From: Fonticula alba ATCC 38817
Taxonomy: Eukaryota; Protista; Nucleariida
Strand: one strand, 5' to 3'
Assembly: GCA_000388065.2 (NCBI GenBank)
Contig: KB932213.1
DNA length: 63,988 nt
The notes beneath the pieces were generated by a model. That model had not been told where the DNA came from. It saw only the letters and a program-made list of their open reading frames with translations, and did no database searches. How positions within the stretch are numbered: position 1 is the stretch's first letter; each line of letters begins with the position of its first letter. The position numbers and the translations under genes were made by a program. This document shows, piece by piece, positions 36,976-47,906 of this stretch.

Positions 36976-37678
36976 TCACCGCCGCCCCGGGAGGGAGGCC
37001 GGCTGAGCCGGCACGCGCAGCGACGACACAGCAGCCGTCAGCACCCGGATAATGCACTGGAAGGAGTCCAGCACCCCGAGAAGCAGGTGGTTGGCAAAGA
37101 AAACCACCAGCCGCATGGACGTCACGCAGGCATTGATGAAGTGCGGCCACAGGAGGAGGAAGATCTCGCCGGACAGGAAGTTGATTGACCGGAGCTCGGC
37201 CAGCAGCTCGGCAAAGAGGCCGCCATCCGGCGGGCCGTGCGTGCTCACCGTCCGATATGCCGCCAGCAGGGTGCTGGCCACGCCGACACAGCCGACCATC
37301 AGCACCAGCGCCCCGGCGTACAGCAGGACAAGCGGCACCAGCCAGAGCTGCCCGCGCGCGCGCGTGCGCGCAGAGCCCGGGCAAGGGAGGGGGGGCGGGG
37401 TATGGGGCAAGCGCATTAGTCAGGGGGATCGCAGGGGAGCAGGGGCCGGGGCCACGTCAGCGGGTGCGCACCAGCTGCGAGAAGACATAGGCACAGAAGG
37501 TGGTCGAGAAGATGGAAGTGCCGATCAGGATGAAGACCAGCGTGACAGCCAGCGACAGTCGGCGAATGGCGTTGCCAGCCATCTCGGACATCGAGCCGGA
37601 CACCACCTGCGCGAGGAGCGCCGACGTGCGTTCCAGCACCGAGGGCTTTCCCCCGGGCGGGGGTGTGTGTGTGGTCAT
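36976..37678 (-). CDS. Small membrane protein (~192 aa) with a 60-residue uncharged hydrophobic stretch; function unknown
   Basis: Exons 37678-37472 and 37347-36976; GTGCGC donor, ACTAAT branch-like motif, CAG acceptor, phase 0. Confidence 0.7.
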
Positions 37679-38255
37679 TTGGCACGACAGGGAGCCGGGA
37701 AGAGGTGGCAGGGGAGCGAGGGAGGGAGAGGAAGCCCGACGGCGAGCGCCAGGGCAGGGGGGGGCGGGGGAGTCTGGGGGGGGGGGGGGGAGGTTCGGAG
37801 CACGGGCATAGGGGCCGATCGTGCCCCGGCCGTGCGCATGCCGGGCCGGAAGAAAAACCACCTCCCAGCGCGGGTCGGGCGTCCCCCCCCCCCGAACGCG
37901 ACGGGCGGGCCTTGCCCTGCGTCCGTTGGCTGCTTGCATGTGCCGCCGGTCGGGCGGCCGGCGATCCTCCAAGCTGTGGCCCCCGGATCCCGGTTCCCGG
38001 GCCCGGCCAACTTGGGCGTGCCTGCCCGACGCGCCCAGCACTAGAGGGGCGCCGTCGGAGCCGTATCCACCGCTGAAGAGGGCCCGGGGGCCGGGGGGTC
38101 GGCCGGCCGGGCTGCGAGCACCCCCCTCCTCTCGACCTCCCGTCCCTCTCGTTGCCTTCCTTCGCCGCTCCCCTGCCTGCGCCGGGCCCCTGCCCCCCCC
38201 CCCCCGATCTACCCCTCTCTCTCTCTGGCGCCCTCCTCGCGCCACCCATCTGCCC

Positions 38256-40004
38256 ATGTCCCAGGGCAATCCCACTCCCCCGGCGGACTTCCCGCCGGCC
38301 ACGACGCCGGCCGTCGGGGCTGGGGCCTCGGCTGCCCCGGCCTCCAGCAGCGGGCTATCTTTCCGCGCGCTCTCGCAGTTTGTTTCGTCGGTCAGCCGGT
38401 GCGCCGGGCCTTCGCCTCCCTCTTTCCTGCTGCTGCAGCCCGGACTCACCTCCTCCCCCTGCCCCCTTTTCTGTTGTTGGCTAGCTCTGTGGCCGTGGGT
38501 GCCGCGGCTGGCGCGGCCGTGCCGCCGCCGTCACAGCCAGCCGCTGCCACCCCGCCGGCGCCCGGCACCGCGCCCGGCACCGCCCCGGCACCGGTCGGCG
38601 CCAACACCCCGCCGGCCGACTCGGACTTCCTCTCCTGGGGCAGCTTCGCCAAGCAGCGGTACCGACCTCCCTATGCGCATTTCCCGGCCGCCACACCTCG
38701 GAGGCCGCATCTGCCGCCGCGACCCTCTTCCCTTTTCCTTTTGATGGTCTGACCTCCTTGCCCGCCGTGCCTTCAGGTTGCGCAGCATTGTCGCCGGTGT
38801 CGACAGCTTCGTGGTCACCTTGGCATCTGACCCGATCAAGAGGTACCGTCAATGGCGCGGCCGCTCCGCCCCCGGGGCCATGCGCCGCGGCCTGCCCCCA
38901 CTCTCTGCCTTCAGCTGACCCCGTCGCATTGTCCCCGTCTGCCCCCCTGCCCCGGGCTCCTGGGGCGCCTGTCGTCGGCCATCGCGCGGCCGCCCGTAGC
39001 AAGCCCGTCCGTCCGGAGATCGACTTGGCCGCCGGCCATCGCATTCTCGATCACTATGAGGCAGTTTGGGAGATCCTGATGCGGGCGAACCTGGACATCG
39101 AGACCAAGCTGAAGCAATGCACGCAGCTGTCGCACCAGGCGCGCAGCCTGGTGGCCGACCACAATGCCGGCATCGAGCACTTGGCTCGCGTGGCCGAGAC
39201 CAGCGTGCCTCTCATCCAGAAGGCCCTCAATGAGTGTGCCAGCTCGGTCGGTGCGTTTTTGGTGCCTTCTCTTTTTTTGTCCCCTCCTTGCTGGGGGGGG
39301 AGGGGGGGGGACATCCCACGTCACACTTTCCCCTTGGGTCGTGCTCACACGGTTCATCCCCGGGCGATCGGACAGAGGCCATTGCCGGGCAGGTGTTCTT
39401 CCTGGAGGAGGAGCTGAACCAGCTGGAGGAAATGAAGGCCGACTTCGCCCTGCACAGCTGGATTGCCAAACGCTCGGAGGAGTGGGAGCTCAACGAAATC
39501 CGCATCCTGCGCCAGGAGCGCTCCCGCATTGTGGCCACCCACGAGTCGGCGACCGGGTCCCTGCCCAAGTCCGGCACCCTGCCGTCGGGTGTCACCCAGT
39601 TGTCCAGGGCAGCGCCGGCCGTCGGGACGCCGGCCCCGGCCGGTGGCCCTGGTGTTGGCGCCGCCGCCGCCGCGCACGAGCCACCCTCCACTGGGCCTGC
39701 CACTTCCGACGGGTCTGCCCCTTCTGGCGGGGTCGCCGCTCGCGCTGAGTCTGTCGCCTCTACTGAGGTCATCATTTCGGGTGAGTCTGCGGTCTCCGAT
39801 GACGGTGGGCCCCCGGTTGAGGGCTCGGCCGTTCCGGTGGACCACTCCCCGACTTCGGCCGACAAGCCGGCCGTCTTGCCCGAGGATCCCGATGTCGCCA
39901 CCGAGGATCCCGATGTCGCCACCGAGGAGCCGGCCGCCCCCTCTGAGCCAACTGCTGAGGGTGATTCACCGATCGACGAGGCGTCGAGCGGGGCCTCCCC
40001 ATAA
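38256..40004 (+). CDS. DTNBP1: Dysbindin-like protein (BLOC-1 subunit 8)
   Basis: Exons 38256-38398, 38485-38658, 38777-38842, 39000-39250, 39376-40004. AGHRILDHYEAVWEILMR resembles dysbindin AGLELLSRYEDTWAALHR, and QRLRSIV resembles ERLLSVQ. A coiled coil with LEEELNQLEEM is followed by an acidic disordered tail. Confidence 0.65.
39880..39928 (+). repeat. 21-bp in-frame tandem duplication (EDPDVAT x2) in the dysbindin-like tail
   Basis: ccgaggatcccgatgtcgcca occurs twice, followed by a partial third copy. Confidence 0.9.
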
Positions 40005-40213
40005 TGGTCCTGCCACCGAATGCACACCTGAATACTTGTTTCCCGTGGGGCAAACACCGGGTTTGCGCGGCTCCCATCCCCCCCCCCTTCAACGTCTGTG
40101 GAAGGGGGCATCCACAAGTGCACGCACAGACACACGCGAGGCTAGGGAGGAACATTTATTTTCACAAGGACAGGGACCAAAGGAGGGAGGGGGGTGGCGA
40201 GGCCAGGGACAGA

Positions 40214-41631
40214 CTATTTCCCCTTCTTCTTGACGACGCCAACAACAATGGCCGCGATGATGGCCAGCACAACTAGCACAATCAGAACCAGCACCAGGCG
40301 GTCCGTGGCCAGGCGGCTGCGTGCATGGGCGCGTGGGTGTGGAGGGGAGACCACAGATGGGCCGAGGTTCATGGGTGTCAGCCAATTGACAAGGAGGGGG
40401 GGGGGGAAGGGGACATGAGACACATGTGCACGAAACTACGCACCGGATCAAGATGCGGAGCTGCTTCTCGGCGGTGCGGGCATTGGAGTCGACCTGCTCG
40501 ATGCCCTGGTGGATCCGCTCAATCTGGTCCGTCTGCTCGTGCAGGGTCTTCGTGGTGTCCGAGGCAACCTGTCGGTTGGAGGGAAGGGGCGAGACAAGGG
40601 GGGTGACCAGGCGTCCGATGGGTGAGCGGCTTGGAACGAGCGGAATTGGCAGGAACAGACGGAAGGGGGGGGGGGGAGAGAGGGGCATACCTTGATCGTT
40701 TCGTCGATGATGGCCAGACTCCGGCCGGTGGACGCCTTGGACTCGAGCTGGATGGTTTCGGCGGCCTGGATGATCTGGCGATTGGTCATGCCAACCGGCG
40801 CTGCGCATGGACGCCATGCAGAGGGACATGCAGGGCCGTGTCAGCATGCAGGTGCGAGGCAGCCAGAAGACGGCCCCCGGCCCTGGGGGCGAAGGCCAAG
40901 GAACAAAGGGGCGAATGGGGGGGGGGGGGGGGCACAACGCGGCAGGGCAAAGGAGGGCAAGCAAAGGAGGGTATACGCACCGCCACTGGCGTCGACCTGC
41001 TCCTCGGATTGGAAAATCTGCCGAAGCTCATTCAGTCGGCTATCTAGCGAGGTGTGCTTCTCCTCGTAGCCGCGGTAGGCCTGCGCACAGGCCGTGGAGC
41101 AGGGGAGAGGAGGAAATGCGTGAGGAGGGCCGGCGCACACGGGCAGGGCAGGCGAGAGCAGGCCTCGACCGAGGTCATGGCCGCGGCACAGGACGCACCA
41201 CATTGAAGGGATGGGCCTCGAGAGGGCTCAGCAGGGAAAGCTCGATCTGATAGGACTCCAGCAGGTGCTGAGCTCGCCTCATGCGCCCGAGCAGGTAGTC
41301 GATTTTCTGGATCCACGCAGGGGTCAGCAAGGGGGTGTGCCCTGGTCCGCCGGGGGGGGGTGGGGGGGGGGGGGGGGGGGGGGGGCAGAAGCGCAGGGGG
41401 CCTGGCGTACCTCGACACGAGCGCGCCCCTGCAGCGAGGTGATGTCTCGTTGAATGGAGGTCTCGACGCGATAGAAGAGCTCGTCGATCTGCTCGCCGTA
41501 ATCCTTGATGTCCCGCAGATCTGCGCAGGGGCCATGGGCGCCGCGATATGGCCGAGGAAAGGAGAGTGAGTGTCTGTGCGGGGGAGAGTCATATCCCACG
41601 GGGGGGGGGGGGCATCATACGCACGGCTCAT
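40214..41631 (-). CDS. NPSN: NPSN-type ('novel plant SNARE') Qb-SNARE with C-terminal TM anchor
   Basis: Seven exons can be spliced in frame: MSHLRDIKDY... N-terminal helices, then MTNRQIIQAAETIQLESKASTGRSLAIIDETIK|VASDTTKTLHEQTDQIERIHQGIEQVDSNARTAEKQLRILIR|RLATDRLVLVLIVLVVLAIIAAIVVGVVKKKGK*. The extra pre-SNARE helix and the R-x-ATD-R/K motif before the TM are NPSN traits. Confidence 0.75.
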
Positions 41632-42146
41632 GGTGACAGTGGTGTGGTGCTACACAGCACACGGGGGACCTCTCGTCACGGGGATGGGGGCGCGGAGGCC
41701 GGGAGAAAAGAGGGCCTGGGCGGGGTGGGCGGGGGAGGGGGAGCGGAGGGGGAGGGGGAGCGGAGGGGGAGGGGGAGGGGGAGGGAGAGATGGGGAGGCG
41801 AGGGCGCCGGAAGAGGTGCAGGAGCCGGGAGAGCGGAGGGGGGCAGTACATGCCGGCTTGGGGCCGGGCCGGGGCAGGCGGGGCGCCCTTGAGAGAGCCG
41901 GCGCGCTGGGCCGCAAGGCGGCGGGGGGGGGGGGGGATGCCAGCCCGGAGAGAAGCCCAGGGCGAGGCTCCATTCCCAGGGCGGTCAATCAGGCCCCCGA
42001 CCCCTTCTCTCGTCTTGGCTTGGAACGGAACTGGGCCCGGCCGGGCCGATGCCTTGGCGCGCGCTCACGCCCGGCGGCCGGCATTCCGCCCCTGGCTGTC
42101 TGCCGCGCAGGGAGAATGCCCCGGGGCCCCCCCCAACGGCCGCACT

Positions 42147-42179
<33 letters not shown>

Positions 42180-42374
42180 GGCGGCCGGCCAGCAAGAGAA
42201 GCAGCGGCCGCCGGGGGAAGCGCGAAGCATGCCCGCCGTGCGCCGGGCGCGCGTCGAGCCCCCAGCCCTCTCCGGTCGAGCGTGTGTGTGTGTGTGTGTC
42301 CGCTGGCGGCCGGGAAGAAGATGCACTCCGCCCGGGGGGGGGGGGAGGGGGCGGTCCAACCGGAGCAAGTGCCA

Positions 42375-42440
42375 TTTACGCGACATTTGCGTAAAATCAA
42401 AACATGATGTGCTCGTGATCGCCTGCCGCACATGTGCGGC
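42375..42440. promoter_or_regulatory. Candidate cis-elements in the NPSN/TAF4 divergent promoter: inverted repeat TTTACGC-N7-GCGTAAA and 16-bp palindrome GCCGCACATGTGCGGC
   Basis: Both symmetries are read directly, in a locally AT-richer island. A regulatory role is inferred only. Confidence 0.3.
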
Positions 42441-42839
42441 GGCACCTGGCCCCTTCTCGGAGTAACCGCTGGGGGCAATCGCCGCAGGCCCCTGTGCCGC
42501 GCTGGGCGCTGCCCGGAGGAGGGGACGCGCTCACCCGCCGGCCCCGGGTGCCGGCGCGCAAGCGACTAGCCCCGGTGTTCCCCGGCAGGACACCGGCGGG
42601 CGCGTGCATGGCCTTCGCTCCCTGACGCGCGGGGCCTCCCGGCCTCGAGCAATCAAAGCAGGGCGCGGCGGCCGGCCAGCCATCCACTCGGCCAGCCATC
42701 CTCTCCATTCTCTCCCCCTGCCTCCCCTTCTACACGCCCTCTCTTTCCCTCCTCCCCCCTCCCCCTCACACACATACACATACACATCATCTCGCTCTCG
42801 CCTCGCCGCTCGTTGTCTCTTCCGTCCCCCGCTGCCAGC

Positions 42840-44576
42840 ATGGATCCCTCGCGGTGCGTGCTTGTCCCCGTTCCCACCGGCGCCCATTTCATGCCATTCC
42901 AGGCAGATGCCCTGACCCTGCTTCGCCAGTCCTCCGTCAGGCCAGCCACCTCCGCCGGGCTCTGCCGCCGGGCCGGCCGGCTCACAGGGTGCGTACTCGC
43001 GGCCGGCAGCCCGATGGGGCCCGGCTGTGGCCTCCTCTTGACCCCGGCATGTCCCCTCCTCACCTCGCACTCCCCCTGCTCCCGCTCCTTCCCCCCTGGG
43101 CCTGCGCAGCCGCGAAAACCGACGCCGAGAAGAAGGTCGACAACTTGGATCTGCCCGCGTCGGCGTATGTGGGCGTTGACAGTGATGTGCGTGCGCACGC
43201 ATGCACACCCATACAGGCCGGATCCTGCCCCGCCACCCTGTCCATGACAGACCCCCGGCTGACCCCCCTCACCCCCCCCCCCCCCCTGGCCCTTCTCTTT
43301 TGCATCGGGCCCCAGGATGAGCATGAGCGCATGGTCAGCGAAGTGCGCATCGTCTTCGCCCCTTCGACCGTGGCCGAGTACCAGGAGGAGTTCCTGAACC
43401 AGGTCATCGACTTCGAGACCATCAAGGATTACATCATGCCGATCGCCGAGAAGCACCGGCTCACCGGCATCACTCGCGAGGTGATCACCATCCTGCGCCG
43501 GGCGTTGGAATTCCGCCTGCGGAACCTTTGCTCGGACTTGGTCATCGCCTGCCGGGTGCGTGGCACTGCTCAGGGCCGCTTTTCTTCCCGCCCCTTCGCC
43601 TGCCTGTACCCCCGTGTTCGGCACTGACCAGCCTGTCTGTGTGGCTCTGGGGCCATTCGCGCGCCATGCCTGTGGCGGCCGGCCCTCGCAGCACCGGCAA
43701 GATGTCATGCTGATGCATCCCAACTCCTCGGCCCGGGAAATCAGCCAGCCCCGGCGGCAGCTCCACCTGCTGGAGCGCTACACGAAGCCGAGCTTTTTCT
43801 CGTCCACACACACGGCGGACACCGGGTCGGATGCCGGGCCGGCGGCCGCCGGCGACGTAGAGGCCACCACCGCCCCGGCGACCACGGCCGGCGGGAGTAC
43901 GCCGGGCGCCGGCTCGGCCGGCGGGACCGCCGCCAGCGGCGAGGCCTCGACCGGCGGGGCGACCGGGACCCCGGCCGCGGCCGGGCCCACCCCGGCTGGG
44001 AGCCCCTCCGGGCCCGGGGCCCCGGGGTCCGGGCCGGGTGCGGCGACCACGGGCCCGGCCGCCGCCTCGACTGCCACCGGGTCACCGGCTTCGGCCCCGG
44101 CCCCGGCCCCGGCCGCAGCCTCGACGGCCGGGGCCCCGGGCGGCAGCGCCACCCTGCGCAAATTCCTCGGCGGGTCACAGGGCGTCTTCGGGAAGTCGCG
44201 CCTGGGGGCACGGCTGGCCGCGGCGGCGGCCCGGCGGACGGATGCCGCCGGCGGTGGCGGCCCGGCCGCCAGCGGCTCGAGCGGCGCCGCCCCGGTCGGC
44301 GGCCTGACCAATCTGGAGGGGCGCATCAATTGGACGGTCACCTCGCGGGACATGGTCTTCGTGTTGGAGCGCGATCGCATTGGCCGGCGGTCGGACCTGC
44401 TGCTGCGGCTATTGGCGCACTTGAACCACTCCTCCGGGGGCACGGGGCCAAGTGGGCCCGGGCTTGGGGCCTCGACCGGCGGGCCAGGCGCCTCGGCCGG
44501 GCTCGGGCCCTCGGCATCGGGCCAGGCGGCGCCTCGGCCGGAGGCTGCCCTGCCCCCGGCCAAGCGGAGAAAGTAG
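42840..44576 (+). CDS. TAF4: TFIID subunit TAF4 (histone fold plus CCTD; no TAFH domain)
   Basis: Exons 42840-42853, 42930-42988, 43110-43186, 43316-43555, 43692-44576. Histone fold IKDYIMPIAEKHRLTGITREVITILRRALEFRLRNL; CCTD RINWTVTSRDMVFVLERD (cf. TAF4 RITRVNLRDLIFCLENE). Confidence 0.82.
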
Positions 44577-44871
44577 AAGCGCCCCTCCCCCCCCCCCCCC
44601 GCTGCCGGGCGGAGACACATGCCCCCGCCGCCCCCCCCTCTCGCTCCCCCTCCGCCGGATGAAGCACACGCGAGTCCGGCGGCTTTCGCATACGTTCGCG
44701 TGTGATATATATATATATACATGTTTGATGCTCATGGAGGGCTCCCCCATGCCGGCATGCCAAGTGGCAGGGCGCCGTGCGGCACACAAAAAATAAGCCA
44801 CCGATAGGGGGGGGGGGGAGAGGAGCGTATGGCGGAGACATGGACGGGGACAGGCATCGGCCGGGGGCGGC

Positions 44872-47630
44872 TCAAAGGCCGGGTCGCGCGAGCCGCAGGT
44901 CCTGGAGACGGGCGGCCAGGGCGGCCGACGCGCGGGCCACCCGCCGAGCGACCAGCACTTCGAGCGGGGAGGCATCCGGGCCCGGGGGGCTGGCCGGCGG
45001 TGTGTCGGCGGCCAGCACCAGCAGCTGCCCCGAGGGGGCCGGCGTGCCGATCCCCGACGGTGGTCGGCCATTGAGCCAGGCCAGGGCGTGTCCCAGGTCG
45101 CCAATGATCCGGCCCAGGAGCAGGGCTCCCTGGCGGCCGGCGAGGCCCGGCGCCGGGGCGGGGACGGACCCGGCCAGTAGCGGACCGAGCAGGAGCTCCC
45201 CCGGGGAGGGGCCCGGCCGGCCGGCCGGCCGGCCAGCCAGCAGGAGCTCCACCAGAAGTGAGTGTGCCGGGCGCCGGGCCTCGGCCGGGCAGACGCCTGC
45301 ATGGCGGCCCAGCGCCGCCAACACCGCCAGCGGTGAGGTCAAGTAGCGCAGGGCCCACCGCGGGTCCTCCGGATCGGCGACCGGCCCGGGCTCCAGGAGC
45401 ATGTGCATGTCCAGCAGCAGGCCGATGGCGCGGTTGAGGCGGTCATCGTCCAGGGCGCAGCTCAGCAGCCGCAGGTCGAAGGGCATGGCCGACCGGAGGA
45501 CGGGCCCCTCGGACGGCCGGCCGGCGACCAGGCGCAGCGCAAGGCACGCAGCGGCCCGGGCATCGGGCCCGGCGGCGGCCCGGCGCACGGCCATCCGCGC
45601 GCTGGTCCAGCTGAGCTCCACAAAGCTGGCCAGCAGGGGCAGCCGGTCCCCCGGGTCGAGCAGGCGACACAGTGGCCACCGGGCCCAGGGCGCCGCGATC
45701 GGGTAGGCCGGGGCCGCCGGGTCGGCCGGCCACACGCCGGTGTCCGACAGCAGGAGCCCCCCCGGCGTCAAGGGGGCCGCCGAGGACCACCGGCCCGGGG
45801 CCTGGAAGACCGAGCTCTCGGCAGCCAGGGTGTGCAGCGCCTCCAGGGCTGCCGGACCGGGGCCGGCCTCCGCGCGCTCATGGCACAGCAGCATCAGCTG
45901 CAGCACCGCGGTCAGCGAGGCGGAGGGGGCCCTCGGGCCGGGCTCGAGGTCGAGCTGCCGCTCGCCGAACGCCCGCGCCAGGACACCCTGCGCATGGCGG
46001 TGTATCGGGGCCAGCTGCGTGTCCGGTGGCCCGAGCAGTGGGGCAGGGTGCAGGAGGTGTCAGGACACCCCCGGGTGGCGGCCACTCAGAGGGGGCCAAG
46101 AGGCGAGGTGCGGCGGGGCAGGCGGGCAGGCGGGCAGGCGGACAGGCGGGCAGGCGGGCAAGCGAGCAAGAGCAGGACCGGCCCGCCCTCCCCGGGAGGG
46201 AGAGGGAGGGAGGGGGGGGGGGCACGCACCTGTGTCAGCACGGCGGAAAAGACATCCGCCGGGGTGGTGGCCGGCAGTGCACGGACCAGGCGCCGCGCGC
46301 ACTTGGCCAGCTGGGTCGCGGGGAATGTGGCAAGAGCGGCGGCCCCGGGATGGGTGGCTGCCAGCCGGTGGCGGATTTCCCGGGCCAGCAGCAGGCCCAG
46401 CAGGCCCAGCATGGGCACGCCGGGGAGACCCCGGGGCGGTAGGGCGCCTCGAAGGGTGGCCAGCTCGCGGAGGCTGGCCGGACAGTGGAGCAGGGCCAGC
46501 GCCTCGAGCACCAGCCTGCTGGCCAGCTTGGCCACCACGGCCAGGAAGTGGCATGCTATGCCGAGGCGCCGGCCGGCCGGGGGCCCCCGCCGGTGGGCCC
46601 GGCCCTGGCGCAGTGCCGGTAGTTGTGCCGGGCAGGCGCCGGCCGTGCGCAGGGCCCACCGGAGGAAGGGCCCGAAGCCGGGCGGCAGATCGCCCAGTCG
46701 AGCACCTTCAGCCCCGGGACACGCCCTCAGGGCGGCCAGGAGCCCGGCCGCGCGGGCCGCCAGGCGGAATTCCCCGCCGGCACGCGAGCAGACGACACGC
46801 ATGTCGGCCGGGCCTCGCCAGGCGGAGGGCATCAGCATGTCCGACCGGGGGACCAGGCCGCCGAGGGCGGACAGAGGAGGGCCAAGACGAGCCGGCGCTG
46901 GGGGGGGGGGGNNNNNNNNNNNNNNNNNNNNNNNNNNNNNNNNNNNNNNNNNNNNNNNNNNNNNNNNNNNNNNNNNNNNNNNNNNNNNNNNNNNNNNNNN
47001 NNNNNNNNNNNNNNNNNNNNNNNNNNNNNNNNNNNNNNNNNNNNNNNNNNNNNNNNNNNNNNNNNNNNNNNNNNNNNNNNNNNNNNNNNNNNNNNNNNNN
47101 NNNNNNNNNNNNNNNNNNNNNNNNNNNNNNNNNNNNNNNNNNNNNNNNNNNNNNNNNNNNNNNNNNNNNNNNNNNNNNNNNNNNNNNNNNNNNNNNNNNN
47201 NNNNNNNNNNNNNNNNNNNNNNNNNNNNNNNNNNNNNNNNNNNNNNNNNNNNNNNNNNNNNNNNNNNNNNNNNNNNNNNNNNNNNNNNNNNNNNNNNNNN
47301 NNNNNNNNNNNNNNNNNNNNNNNNNNNNNNNNNNNNNNNNNNNNNNNNNNNNNNNNNNNNNNNNNNNNNNNNNNNNNNNNNNNNNNNNNNNNNNNNNNNN
47401 NNNNNNNNNNNNNNNNNNNNNNNNNNNNNNNNNNNNNNNNNNNNNNNNNNNNNNNNNNNNNNNNNNNNNNNNNNNNNNNNNNNNNNNNNNNNNNNNNNNN
47501 NNNNNNNGAGATAGGGGGGTGGGGATGCGCTGTCGGTGGCCGTCGGCCGCCGTGCCCGATGAAAGAGGGTGCGCGGTGCCGAGCCCGGGGCGGCGCCCGA
47601 GGCCGAGGGGGGCGAGAGGAGAAGTAGCAT
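44872..47630 (-). CDS. Hypothetical Leu/Ala-rich protein; 5' part interrupted by an N-gap
   Basis: Coding exons ~46911-46230 and 46014-44872 join in phase 0 (GTGCGT donor, CAG acceptor). The start at 47630 is tentative. No family recognised. Confidence 0.6.
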
Positions 47631-47906
47631 GGGTGGTCTGGTGGAGTTCTTTATTTCACATGATCTTCTCAAGGACATTTCTCGGTCACACGCGCTTGGG
47701 TCGGGCGGCCGGGGCATCCCCCTCCCGAGCTCCCCCCGGCCCGAGGGGGGTGGGCGGGCGAGATCGAGCAGGGGAGGCTCCCCGGCCGAGGCGGCGCGGC
47801 CTCCGACACGCGCGCGTGCATGTGTGCGCCCGTGCGTGAATGCAGGCAAGGGGCCGGGAGGCCACTGACACATACGCACGCGCACACCCCCACATGAATA
47901 CACACA

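Noticed and set aside
42400-42445. ATGATG box-C-like motif suggesting a C/D snoRNA
   Set aside because: The box C is imperfect, and there is no suitably placed CTGA box D or terminal stem.
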